From an uncultured Alphaproteobacteria bacterium (GTDB lineage Bacteria > Pseudomonadota > Alphaproteobacteria > RF32 > CAG-239), in the NCBI GenBank assembly GCA_944393225.1, contig CALXZK010000003.1, positions 7,853-71,852 of the forward strand: a stretch of 64,000 nucleotides of DNA, given 5' to 3'. The notes below the pieces were generated by a model that saw only the letters and a list, made by a program, of their open reading frames with translations, made no database searches and had not been told where the DNA came from. The translations under genes and the position numbers were made by a program. Below, one piece after another: positions 17,036 through 26,153 of the stretch (positions are counted from its first letter, which is position 1; each line of letters starts with the position of its first letter).

Positions 17036-17767
17036 CTAATTTTTTTTGAACTCAATACTAGCCATATTTAAGCTTAAGCTAATCAGCGTTAACAACACAA
17101 AGAACAAAATATTATCCAAACTGATTTGACCACTTATAATATCATAAAAATGACTATTTAGATTAACGATATTACTCAATTTGTTTTCTAATGTGAGCGG
17201 CAAATGCAAGGCTTTAACAACACCGGAAAAATTGTGCACGCTTAAAAACAAGGTGATAATCAATCCCCACAAATATGATACTGCAGGAGATGAACAAAAT
17301 GACGAGATAAAGCAACCTACAGCGCAAAAACTTCCAGAAAGCAAAAGACAAGCCAAATATCCCGAAAAAATGTTTAAATTGTCTGTTTCAAAATATACAT
17401 TCATGTATATCCACAACGGCGCAGTAAGCAAAAGCATACACAAGCACAAGAACCATGCTGCTAAAAATTTTCCTATAATAATTGAGCTTAAAGGAATCGG
17501 TTGTGTTAACAAAAATTCAAGTGTTCCGTTTTTGCGCTCTTCCGCCCATAGACGCATGGTTACGGCCGGAATCAAAAACGCCATGATATAGGGCTGAAAA
17601 TAAAAAAATGAAAATAAGCCGGTGTTGTTGATGCTAAAAAAACCGCCGACAAAAAAAGTGGTAAACATGGATGCCAGAATATAGACCGACAAAACGACCC
17701 ATGCTTGCACTCCTTCAAAAAACGATAAAGTTTCTTTTTTGAAAATAACTGCCAATTGTTTTGTCAT
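17036..17767 (-). CDS. ABC-2 type permease (GldF-like)
   Basis: Six predicted TM helices. I prefer the ATG at 17767 (MTKQLAVIFKKE), which lies 1 nt after the ATPase stop. Confidence 0.7.
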   Translation of the reverse strand: MTKQLAVIFKKETLSFFEGVQAWVVLSVYILASMFTTFFVGGFFSINNTGLFSFFYFQPYIMAFLIPAVTMRLWAEERKNGTLEFLLTQPIPLSSIIIGKFLAAWFLCLCMLLLTAPLWIYMNVYFETDNLNIFSGYLACLLLSGSFCAVGCFISSFCSSPAVSYLWGLIITLFLSVHNFSGVVKALHLPLTLENKLSNIVNLNSHFYDIISGQISLDNILFFVLLTLISLSLNMASIEFKKN

Positions 17768-17768
17768 A

Positions 17769-18488
17769 TTATTCTGCCTCGCTGGTAATTTTGTAGAAAG
17801 CCGTTTCAATATTATGTTCGGGAAAGAGCTCTTTTAATTCTTCGGGAGATGTGTCTTTAACCAACTTGCCGTGATTTAGCAGAATGACACGGTCAGACAT
17901 AGCTTCCACTTCTTCCATAATGTGGGTTGAGATGATGATGATTTTATCTTTACCATAATTTTTCAGATAATTTCTCAAGCTGAATTTTTGATTTGGGTCA
18001 AGCCCTTCGGTCGGTTCGTCCAATATTAAGATTTCAGGATTGTGGAGCAAAGCCGCAGCAATACCGGTGCGGCGTTTGAAACCTTTGGACAAAGTTTCTA
18101 TTTTTTGATTGATAACCGTTTTCAATTCCAGATTTTCAACAATTTGTTTTAAGTTTTTAGAAAATTCTTCTGCTGTCAAACCTCTTATCTGTGCCGTGTA
18201 GTGCAAAAATTCGGCAACAGTCATATCATTATATAAGAATCCGCTTTCGGGAACATAGCCTATTTTTTGCAAACAAGCTAAGCGTTCGGCTTTTATGTCT
18301 TTATCAAAAATGCGGACTTCACCTGAGGTCGGTTCAATGTAACCGGTTAAAAGACGCATCAAAGTGGTTTTTCCGGCTCCGTTAGGTCCAAGAAGAGATA
18401 CTATCTCGCCCTTAGAAATGCAAAAATTGACATTATTTACGGCTTTTTTAGTGCCATAATTCTTACATAAGTTTTTTACCACAATCAT
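17769..18488 (-). CDS. ABC transporter ATP-binding protein (GldA-like)
   Basis: Walker A GPNGAGKTT, signature LSKGFKRR, Walker B ILILDEPTEGLD. Confidence 0.9.
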   Translation of the reverse strand: MIVVKNLCKNYGTKKAVNNVNFCISKGEIVSLLGPNGAGKTTLMRLLTGYIEPTSGEVRIFDKDIKAERLACLQKIGYVPESGFLYNDMTVAEFLHYTAQIRGLTAEEFSKNLKQIVENLELKTVINQKIETLSKGFKRRTGIAAALLHNPEILILDEPTEGLDPNQKFSLRNYLKNYGKDKIIIISTHIMEEVEAMSDRVILLNHGKLVKDTSPEELKELFPEHNIETAFYKITSEAE

Positions 18489-18635
18489 TTTGTTACTTTC
18501 TTTAGGTTTGCTACCAATATATTAATCATTTTTTTTTAAATTTTAACAATTATTTTCATTTTTCAAAATGTTTGATGACAAAATGTTTATTTTACGTTAT
18601 TTATATTGCTAATAAATATTTTTTTAGGAGCTGAT

Positions 18636-19127
18636 ATGAAAGAAGAAGTTTATTCTAAGGAAGAAGCCAAACACTTGAAGGTTGGCATTTATACCGCAAT
18701 CATTATTGCTCTGATTGCCGGTGTTTATGTTGCCAATAAAGATACAATGGCTCACAAAGAAGACGGAAAATACTATACGGTTGATGCTCGTTTTAACCGC
18801 ACCGATGGTCTATTGGTCGGCGATCAGGTTCGCTTGGCTGGTGTTGACATTGGACGCGTAGTTAACGCCAAGTTGGATGATCATTTCAAAGCCATTTTGA
18901 CTTTAGATATTAAAGAAAATGTCAAAATTCCCGATGATAGTAGCGCATCTATTGTCAGTGCCGGACTCATGGGTAAAAAATATATTGAAATTGAACCGGG
19001 CGGATCTATGGATTACATCCCGCAAGGCGGCGAATTTTCTTATACACAAGATGCTATGGTTTTGGAAGAACTGATGGATAGAATCATCTCCATCGGCAAA
19101 GCAAACCGCAAAAACGATAAAAAATAA
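18636..19127 (+). CDS. mlaD: MlaD / MCE-domain protein
   Basis: N-terminal TM helix, then GLLVGDQVRLAGVDIGRVVN...DSSASIVSAGLMGKKYIEIEPG, the MCE core. The ATG at 18636 is preceded by AGGAG. Confidence 0.75.
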   Translation: MKEEVYSKEEAKHLKVGIYTAIIIALIAGVYVANKDTMAHKEDGKYYTVDARFNRTDGLLVGDQVRLAGVDIGRVVNAKLDDHFKAILTLDIKENVKIPDDSSASIVSAGLMGKKYIEIEPGGSMDYIPQGGEFSYTQDAMVLEELMDRIISIGKANRKNDKK

Positions 19128-19155
19128 AATTTTATATACTTAAGGAGTATTTTTT

Positions 19156-19617
19156 ATGAATAAAAAACCAGTTGAAACAATTATGGGTATTGTGGTCTTA
19201 TTTGTTGCCGCATCTTTCTTATATTTTGGTTTTAAAGTTTCTGACTTGCAAGTTGTTAAAGGTTATAACGTAACTGCTAACTTTCTTAAAGTCGGCGGTT
19301 TGAACGTTGGTTCCGATGTCAGAATTAATGGTATTAAAGTCGGATCAATTGTTGAGCTTTCTTTGGATGAACAAGACTATATCGCTGATGTTAAAATGAG
19401 CATTTTGCCAAACATCAAATTGCCGAAAGATAGCGTTGCGACAATCGTCGGAGATGGTTTGATGGGCGATAAATTTATTAAAATCGAACCCGGAAAATCT
19501 AAAGAAATGCTGGCCGATGGTGATACTATTTCTAACGTCAAAGATTTCAAATCTTTGGAAGATATGGTCGGTGAAATCATTTTCATGGTAACAGATAATG
19601 GTCAAGATAACAAATAA
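19156..19617 (+). CDS. Second MlaD / MCE-domain paralog
   Basis: GGLNVGSDVRINGIKVGSIVE...DSVATIVGDGLMGDKFIKIEPG has the same architecture as the upstream gene. Confidence 0.7.
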   Translation: MNKKPVETIMGIVVLFVAASFLYFGFKVSDLQVVKGYNVTANFLKVGGLNVGSDVRINGIKVGSIVELSLDEQDYIADVKMSILPNIKLPKDSVATIVGDGLMGDKFIKIEPGKSKEMLADGDTISNVKDFKSLEDMVGEIIFMVTDNGQDNK

Positions 19618-20644
19618 ACTTTTGTCCGGTATCGCTTTCGGAGCTTTGTGTATTTCTTCTGCCGTGCAAGCTGCAGAAATAGACACTAATATTGCTCAAA
19701 TGCAAGCAATGGATAAAATTACGGGCAGAGTCAGTGTTATTGATGTTCCCGTTAACGGAAGTGTAAATTTCGGTAGTTTTTCTATTGTGGTTCGCGCTTG
19801 CAAAACCAGACCACCAGAAGACACACCGGAAAATTTTGCTTTTGTTGATGTGGTTGATAATTATAAAACCGAAACCCCCGTTAACATTTTCCGCGGCTGG
19901 ATGATTTCATCTTCTCCTGCCCTTAATCCGGTTGAACACCCTATTTATGATGTTTGGTTGTTAAAATGTATTAACGGTACGGTTAATCCTAACAAATTGT
20001 TATCAAAAGAAGAGTTGGCAAAGAGAGATGCTTTGCCTAAAGCACCGGCATTTACCGAAGAAGCTAAGCTGAAAGCTAATGAAGACTTAGAAGAAAAACC
20101 GGCACCGGCAAATGAAGATGTTTCTGAAACTGAAGAAAAAGAGCTTCAGTCAAAAGAAGTTCAACCGGCGCCTCAGGTCTTGCCGATGGAAGAAACACAA
20201 TTAGAGAATCTAAACATCAGCAATCCGCCTGCTTTTGAACAAAATATTCCGCAACCGGAACCGGTTGTTCAAGAAGACGGTGCTCCAAAGTCATTATTAA
20301 ACATTGGTAATGATTTTGTTCCGCAAGAGCAAAATGAAGAACCGAAGGCTGATGTAGCACCCTCCTCAGATTCTGTCATTTCTGAAACAAAAACATTGGA
20401 TGTTGAAGAAAAACAAATTTCGTCGGAACCGGCAAAAGAAACTTCTGAAAAAGAAGATGAAGCTTCCGGATTTTTAGGTAAATTTCTCAGCTTTGGAAAT
20501 GAAGAAAAGCCTACTGCAGAAGTTTCTGATGTTTCAGAACCGTCACAAGCTCCCAACACTGATAATAATGTGTTGCCAGAAGAAACATCTAATTCTTCAA
20601 TAGATATGGATGAAATTGATAGAGAATTGATGCAAATGCAATAA
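19598..20644 (+). CDS. DUF2155 protein with a long acidic, low-complexity C-terminal extension
   Basis: Signal peptide, then MDKITGRVSVIDVPVNGSVNFGSFSIVVRACKTRPPEDTPENFAFVDV...IFRGWMISSSPALNPVEHPIYDVWLLKC (DUF2155 pattern). About 220 aa of E/P/S/N/Q-rich sequence follow. Confidence 0.7.
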   Translation: MVKITNKLLSGIAFGALCISSAVQAAEIDTNIAQMQAMDKITGRVSVIDVPVNGSVNFGSFSIVVRACKTRPPEDTPENFAFVDVVDNYKTETPVNIFRGWMISSSPALNPVEHPIYDVWLLKCINGTVNPNKLLSKEELAKRDALPKAPAFTEEAKLKANEDLEEKPAPANEDVSETEEKELQSKEVQPAPQVLPMEETQLENLNISNPPAFEQNIPQPEPVVQEDGAPKSLLNIGNDFVPQEQNEEPKADVAPSSDSVISETKTLDVEEKQISSEPAKETSEKEDEASGFLGKFLSFGNEEKPTAEVSDVSEPSQAPNTDNNVLPEETSNSSIDMDEIDRELMQMQ

Positions 20645-20662
20645 AAACATATCAGTTTTATA

Positions 20663-20692
20663 AAAAAGAACCTTTTTTAAGGTTCTTTTTTT
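20663..20692 (+). terminator. Rho-independent terminator
   Basis: AAAAAGAACCTT-tttt-AAGGTTCTTTTT forms a perfect 12-bp stem followed by a T run. Confidence 0.75.
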
Positions 20693-20814
20693 ATGTTTTG
20701 AGCGAAACACTCCTTGCACAAGCAACGGTTAGTTTTACAAAGCCTTTGAGCCGCTTGAGCGTCGTTTGGAACTTGTAATACCACTCGTGTTTACCGGTGG
20801 AAGTTTATGGAAAA

Positions 20815-22260
20815 TTATTTATGCCAGAAGTTTTTAGTGAATACGACTAATATGGTCATAACTTCCAAGCGTCCGAGCAACATAGCAAAAGCGCAAACGT
20901 ATTTAGCAAAATCTGACAAAGGCGCAAATGTGCTTGCCGGCCCGACAATATTACCTACTCCCGGTCCTGCGTTGGTAATGCTACCGATTATGGCACTAAA
21001 CGCCGTTGTAAAGTCGACACCGGTTATTGCCACTAAGGTTGTTAACAGGACGATACTAAAAGCAAATGATAGAACAAAAATAAATACGGAATTGATAACC
21101 TTATTATCAACATTCATATTTTTAATCTTAACCGGCAATATGCGGCTTGGCTCCGTCATATTGATAATAGACTTTTTGAAAAAAGCAAAAATCACTTGCC
21201 AACGAAAGGCTTTGACACCACCGGATGTTGAACCGGAACACCCCCCGGTAACAGCAAAAATAAGGAAAATGGTTTGTGCAAACAATCCCCATTTCATATA
21301 ATCCGTGGACACAAAACCACAGTCTGTAGTTATTGAAACAACATTAAAAGCAGAAACTCTTAATGCTTGCCAAAAGTTATAATCCGAATTAGAAAAACTT
21401 AACCAGCAGGCTGTAAACAATATATAAAAGCATAGTGTTTTTAAGAAAAACGGAACTTGAGCGCTGCGGAAAGAGTTGTTTCTACCGCTTTTTAATATGA
21501 CCAAATACCATGTCAAAGGTAAAGATCCGGCAATCATACCCAGCATTAAAACAATTTCCACCCAAATATTATTAAAGTAGCCGACAGATGCGTTTTTGGT
21601 TGAAAAGCCACCGGTTGAAACAGCAGACATGGCATGGTTGAGGGCATCGAATTTTCCCATTCCGGCAAGAAGCAAGCCGCCAAACGTAAGAGTTAAGAGT
21701 ATGACGTAAACAATGATGATCCTCTTGGCAATATAGCTGATTTTGGGCATAAGCTTTTCATTTAAGTCTGAGCTTTCGCGTTGGAAAATTTGCATACCGC
21801 CAATTCCCAAGAACGGAAGCAAGGCAACAGCAAAAATAACAATACCGACACCACCCAAAGCATTGAGTAGCGAGCGCCAAAGCAAAATTGCCTTAGAAGA
21901 TTTTTCAATATTTGTCAGAATTGTTGCGCCGGTAGTAGTGATTCCGGATGTTGCCTCAAAAACGGCATCAGCCCAATAAGATGTGGTTTCTGTTAGCATA
22001 AAAGGCAAAGCAGAAAGCAAAGACAACGCAAACCAGCTTATTGCCGTGATAAGATAACCTTGGCGGATGGAAATTTTTTCTATTTTGGTGCGGTTTCCTA
22101 AAAATAGTGAAACACCAATAAATAAGGATATAATTGCAGAGGTTATAAACGGCGACCAATCTTGTTTGGTATAATACATATCGACAGCGGCAGGAATCAA
22201 CATTGATAATCCAAGAATACTGACAAAGTATCCGCTAATCATAAAAATTGGTTGCCACAT
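20815..22260 (-). CDS. trkH: Trk-type potassium uptake protein TrkH
   Basis: A polytopic membrane protein of 481 aa. EATSGITTTGATIL and SAVSTGGFST selector-like motifs are repeated, as in TrkH/KtrB. Confidence 0.85.
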   Translation of the reverse strand: MWQPIFMISGYFVSILGLSMLIPAAVDMYYTKQDWSPFITSAIISLFIGVSLFLGNRTKIEKISIRQGYLITAISWFALSLLSALPFMLTETTSYWADAVFEATSGITTTGATILTNIEKSSKAILLWRSLLNALGGVGIVIFAVALLPFLGIGGMQIFQRESSDLNEKLMPKISYIAKRIIIVYVILLTLTFGGLLLAGMGKFDALNHAMSAVSTGGFSTKNASVGYFNNIWVEIVLMLGMIAGSLPLTWYLVILKSGRNNSFRSAQVPFFLKTLCFYILFTACWLSFSNSDYNFWQALRVSAFNVVSITTDCGFVSTDYMKWGLFAQTIFLIFAVTGGCSGSTSGGVKAFRWQVIFAFFKKSIINMTEPSRILPVKIKNMNVDNKVINSVFIFVLSFAFSIVLLTTLVAITGVDFTTAFSAIIGSITNAGPGVGNIVGPASTFAPLSDFAKYVCAFAMLLGRLEVMTILVVFTKNFWHK

Positions 22261-22270
22261 GCTTTTTTCC

Positions 22271-23104
22271 TTATTTATCTAAGGCTACATTTCTAGAATA
22301 TCCACGATTGACAAGTAGCCAGTTGATGTTTTCTCCGTTAACATTGCAGATTACGGTGCCGATACCTTGATATGTATAGGCTTTTACTTGGCACTGAATG
22401 ATGTTTTGTGCCACAACAGATTGCAAAAACTTTTTGGCATCCAAACCTTTTGGTGACTTTGGATCTACATAAATGCCATGCAGGAAATATGTTTTGCCAT
22501 TCAAACGCAACTCATTGGCATTGACAACTTCTGCCGTGGCATTAATTTGCTCATTGGTATTAACAAAGACTAAAGGCAATTTTTTTGGCGCTTGTTCTGC
22601 TTTTGAATAGGACTTTGCTCTTGAAGAAGATGTTTTTTGGCGCTGACGCATCCTTTCTTCTTGCAATTGAGCCGTACGCAGAGCATCTACCGTATTGGGA
22701 ACTTCTTTTGATTTTTCAAATGTTTGACGTCTAATTTCTTGCATACTCGGGGTTGATGCTTCCACTATTTCGACTTTGGGCTCTTCATTTTCATTAGAGC
22801 CAATTGATTTCAATGACGGCATAGATATTTTAAAACTATCGACATCCGGCATCATCTCTTGAGTTTTTTCAGAAATGGTTGAGCCAATGCTTTGAGATTT
22901 GGCTTTAATTTTATTCCAATACCACAAATGAACCTCGGTCGGCTTGGCTCCCATAAAGGTAGGAGCCAAATAACCGAGCATTAAAATCGGGACAAAAATC
23001 AGCGGTTTGCGGATGGGAAAAGTGACAAACAGAAAAAGTCCGTGAAAAAACTTTCCCCAACCTCTGAGGCGCAAGCCCTCGCTTATTCTCTCCTTTTTTT
23101 TCAT
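22271..23104 (-). CDS. Membrane-anchored protein with a C-terminal staphylococcal-nuclease-like (thermonuclease fold) domain, probably degenerate
   Basis: N-terminal TM helices. The C-terminus NANELRLNGKTYFLHGIYVDPKS...IGTVICNVNGENINWLLVNRGYSR follows the SNase pattern (DGDT..RL.GIDaPE ... ygR..a.v...g.d.n..lv..G.A), but several catalytic positions differ. Its ATG overlaps the metG stop (TAATG). Confidence 0.35.
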   Translation of the reverse strand: MKKKERISEGLRLRGWGKFFHGLFLFVTFPIRKPLIFVPILMLGYLAPTFMGAKPTEVHLWYWNKIKAKSQSIGSTISEKTQEMMPDVDSFKISMPSLKSIGSNENEEPKVEIVEASTPSMQEIRRQTFEKSKEVPNTVDALRTAQLQEERMRQRQKTSSSRAKSYSKAEQAPKKLPLVFVNTNEQINATAEVVNANELRLNGKTYFLHGIYVDPKSPKGLDAKKFLQSVVAQNIIQCQVKAYTYQGIGTVICNVNGENINWLLVNRGYSRNVALDK

Positions 23105-24795
23105 TATTTTGCACTTCCGTATTTTTGTTTCAACTCTTCAACGCGTTCCGGAGTAATTCTTTCAAACAAGGTATCGCCAACGCTGAATTTATGTCCGGGT
23201 TGCAAAGCATTCATTTCTTTTGCTACGTTGAAATCTTTAATTGAGCCAACATCTTTTAAGCTCAAGCCCAATTTGTTCATCATATCTTCGGCAATTTTCG
23301 GCATAATCGGTGCGCTCAAAATAGCAAAAATACGAATTAAATTGATGCAGTTTCTTAAAATGGCGGCAGCACGCTCCGGATTTTCTTTTATCACGGTCCA
23401 AGGCTCAGCAACGGAAATGTAGTTGTTACCTTCTACCCAAATAGCGCGCAATTCGTTCGTGGCTTTGCGGAACTCTAACTCATTCATATATTTAAAGTAG
23501 TCATTTACATGCTCTTGCAAAGTTTTAATCAAATCTGCTTCAAGCTCGGTATTTTCGCCACCGGCAGGAACTTCTTCTCCGATTTTTGATGCTGTCATTT
23601 TCAAAACGCGGGAAACAAAGTTACCCAAAACGCCGTTTAAGTCTTTGTTGACAACACCGGCGAACAAGTCAAAACTGAAAGAACTATCCGAACTTTCCGG
23701 AGCGTTTGCCATCAACCAATAACGCCAATAGTCAGCCGGATATTCTTTAACGGCGTCTTCAGCAAAAATGCCGCGTTTTTCAGATTTAGAGAACTTGCCG
23801 CCCTCATAGGTCAAATAACTGAAACCTTTTAAGGTCTTAACAAGAGTCCAGGGTTCGCCGGTTCCGAGCAAAGTAGCCGGAAAAGAAATTGAGTGGAACG
23901 GAACATTGTCTTTGCCCATGAACTGAACATAGTCAACATCTTTGGCACCATACCACCATTCTTTCCAATCTTTACCGTTTCTATCTGCCCAGTTTTTGGT
24001 AATACCGATATAACCAATCGGCGCATCAAACCAAACGTAGAATACTTTGTCTTCATAGCCTGGTTTGTTAACAGGGAAACCCCATTTCAAATCACGGGTG
24101 ATGCAGCGTTCTTGCAAGCCTTCTTTGAGCCATTTTTGGGCGATGGAATAAGCAATATCCGGCCAATAGGGTTCACGCGTTTTTACCCATTCAGCCAATT
24201 TTGCTTCAATTTTCGGCAAGTTTAAGAACAAGTGTTTGGTTTCTCTGACCTCCAAATTGGTGGAGCCGGAAATGGTCGAACGCGGGTTAATCAAATCGGT
24301 CGGTTCCAAGACTTTGGTGCAGTTTTCACATTGGTCACCCCTCGCCTTGTCATAACCACAATGCGGACAAGTACCTGTTACATATCTATCCGGCAAAAAG
24401 CGTTCATCATCAATAGAATAAATTTGTTTGATGGTTCTTTCTTCAATCATGCCGTTTTTATCCAAGGCATCAAAAATATGATAAACCATCTCTTTGTTTT
24501 CTTCAAAAGTGGTGCGACCGAAACAATCGAAAGAAAGCTCAAAATCATCATAAGTTTTTTGGTGACGTTGATGATATTTATTGCAATATTCTTCAACCGG
24601 CATGCCTTCTTTAGCAGCACCAACTTCAGACGGCGTGCCGTGTTCATCGGTTCCGCCGATGTATAAAACCTCGTTACCCATCATTCGCATGAAACGCGCA
24701 TAAACATCTGAAGGTAACAAACAGCCAACCATGTGGCCCAAATGCGGCACGCCGTTTACATACGGTAATGCAGAAGTAACTAAAGTTTTAGACAT
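23104..24795 (-). CDS. metG: Methionine--tRNA ligase
   Basis: MSKTLVTSALPYVNGVPHLGHMVG (HIGH region), zinc knuckle CPHCGYDKARGDQCENC, KFSKS (KMSKS). The ATG at 24795 has a GGAG 9 nt upstream; the track ORF starts at 24810. Confidence 0.92.
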   Translation of the reverse strand: MSKTLVTSALPYVNGVPHLGHMVGCLLPSDVYARFMRMMGNEVLYIGGTDEHGTPSEVGAAKEGMPVEEYCNKYHQRHQKTYDDFELSFDCFGRTTFEENKEMVYHIFDALDKNGMIEERTIKQIYSIDDERFLPDRYVTGTCPHCGYDKARGDQCENCTKVLEPTDLINPRSTISGSTNLEVRETKHLFLNLPKIEAKLAEWVKTREPYWPDIAYSIAQKWLKEGLQERCITRDLKWGFPVNKPGYEDKVFYVWFDAPIGYIGITKNWADRNGKDWKEWWYGAKDVDYVQFMGKDNVPFHSISFPATLLGTGEPWTLVKTLKGFSYLTYEGGKFSKSEKRGIFAEDAVKEYPADYWRYWLMANAPESSDSSFSFDLFAGVVNKDLNGVLGNFVSRVLKMTASKIGEEVPAGGENTELEADLIKTLQEHVNDYFKYMNELEFRKATNELRAIWVEGNNYISVAEPWTVIKENPERAAAILRNCINLIRIFAILSAPIMPKIAEDMMNKLGLSLKDVGSIKDFNVAKEMNALQPGHKFSVGDTLFERITPERVEELKQKYGSAK

Positions 24796-24947
24796 TATAA
24801 AATTCTCCATTAAAAATTTATTTTTGTTATTTTGTTTTTTAACGTTGCGATTTTACAACAATTTGCAAATTTCTCAAGCAAAAATCTCATTTTTTGAGCC
24901 TTTTTCATGCAAATTTCTTTGAAATTTATTTTTGTCAAAATTGTCTA

Positions 24948-24975
24948 TTGACGATACTTTATTTTCTGATATATT
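24948..24975 (+). promoter_or_regulatory. Candidate sigma70-type promoter for the LpxA-like gene
   Basis: TTGACG (24948-24953), 16-nt spacer, TATATT (24970-24975), about 45 nt upstream of the ATG at 25020. Confidence 0.35.
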
Positions 24976-25019
24976 TTTATGCAGAAAACAAATTATTTAT
25001 TAACTAAAAAAATATTTTT

Positions 25020-26012
25020 ATGGAACAATTTAATGTTATAGGCGAAAATGCCAAAATTCTCGGAAAAATCGGTAATTTCAACACAATCGGAAATACCGTC
25101 AGCATTGATGAAGAAGCTATTGTCGGCAATTGTTGTAATCTTGGCAACGGCGTCGAAATTGCTGAATTTGTGACAATCGGTAATAATGTAACTATTGAAG
25201 ATGGAGTGCGAATTCCTTCATGTTGCATCATTGGGAACAACGTCACAATCAAAAAAGACGTCCTTATCGGAGAAAACAACATTATCCACGATAATTGCGT
25301 GTTGCGCGGCAATACCATTATCGGAAAAAACAATGAGTTTCTGCCCGGTTGCGTTATTGGTTTTTGGCCCAAAGATATTGGTGACCACCACTATGAAGGT
25401 CAACTTCTTATCGGAGATAATAATTTTTTTGGTGAGAATACAGTTATTAATATCGGCGAAAAAACTGATAAAGGTGACGCAACAATCATTGGAAGCGATA
25501 TTTATTCCATGGACAAGGTCACAATTAATCACAATGACGTAATATCTGTTGATGATGATATTCCCGATAGTCCGAGAGAATTTACGACCATTATTTCATC
25601 CGGTGTTTCGCTTGCCGGTCATGTTGAGGTAGGCAAAGGTGCAAACCTTGGCATGCAGACTGTTGCACACCAATTCTCAAAAATCGGTGCCGGTGCTATG
25701 ATTGGTATGAATGCTAACATTACTAAAAACGTACCGCCTTTTGCAAAGGTAATTGAATCAAAAGTGGTTGGTTACAACAAACGCCCTCTTGCTGAAAATT
25801 TAGAGTTTGGTACATATGAAGACGAGTATCTCGAACTTGTCGGCTATATGCTTGAAACAGCTTGCAAAGCTGAAAATGCCGAAGATGCAATAGAAAAACT
25901 TCAGAAGTACAAAGGTCGCGGTCAGTGGTATGATTCTGCTCTTGAGGTTATTATTAATTTCCTCGAAAGCGACCAAAACGGAAGAAGTCTAATGAAACTT
26001 AACAAGAAATAA
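25020..26012 (+). CDS. Left-handed beta-helix (hexapeptide-repeat) acyltransferase, divergent LpxA-like
   Basis: VIGFWPKDIGDHHYEGQLLIGDNNFFGENTVINIG...VTINHNDVIS...SLAGHVEVGKGANLGMQTVAHQFSKIGAGAMIGMNANITKNVPPFAKV parallels E. coli LpxA [27 protein letters not shown]...AHIAHDC...[44 protein letters not shown]. It has extra N-terminal coils and an insert, VDDDIPDSPREFTT. Confidence 0.6.
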   Translation: MEQFNVIGENAKILGKIGNFNTIGNTVSIDEEAIVGNCCNLGNGVEIAEFVTIGNNVTIEDGVRIPSCCIIGNNVTIKKDVLIGENNIIHDNCVLRGNTIIGKNNEFLPGCVIGFWPKDIGDHHYEGQLLIGDNNFFGENTVINIGEKTDKGDATIIGSDIYSMDKVTINHNDVISVDDDIPDSPREFTTIISSGVSLAGHVEVGKGANLGMQTVAHQFSKIGAGAMIGMNANITKNVPPFAKVIESKVVGYNKRPLAENLEFGTYEDEYLELVGYMLETACKAENAEDAIEKLQKYKGRGQWYDSALEVIINFLESDQNGRSLMKLNKK

Positions 26013-26036
26013 GCTTAGATGCCCCAAAACGCCACG

Positions 26037-26072
26037 ATTTTTTATAATCGAGGCGTTTTTTTATAAATTTCC
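26037..26072 (+). terminator. Rho-independent terminator (copy A of a repeated hairpin)
   Basis: AAACGCCACGATT-ttttat-AATCGAGGCGTTT followed by TTTT, with one mismatch in the stem. Confidence 0.65.
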
Positions 26073-26153
26073 TTCCACCCTATTGACGCAATAGACGAAA
26101 TATGATATATATTATTTTACAAAATAATATTATTTAACTTAAACCATATCATT

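Noticed and set aside
18636-19617. Tandem MlaD genes without adjacent mlaE/mlaF, considered as an anomaly
   Set aside because: As far as I recall, small MlaD-like genes followed by DUF2155 are a common alphaproteobacterial arrangement, with mlaEF encoded elsewhere. The divergent ABC genes next door are GldA/F/G-type, not Mla. This is ordinary.
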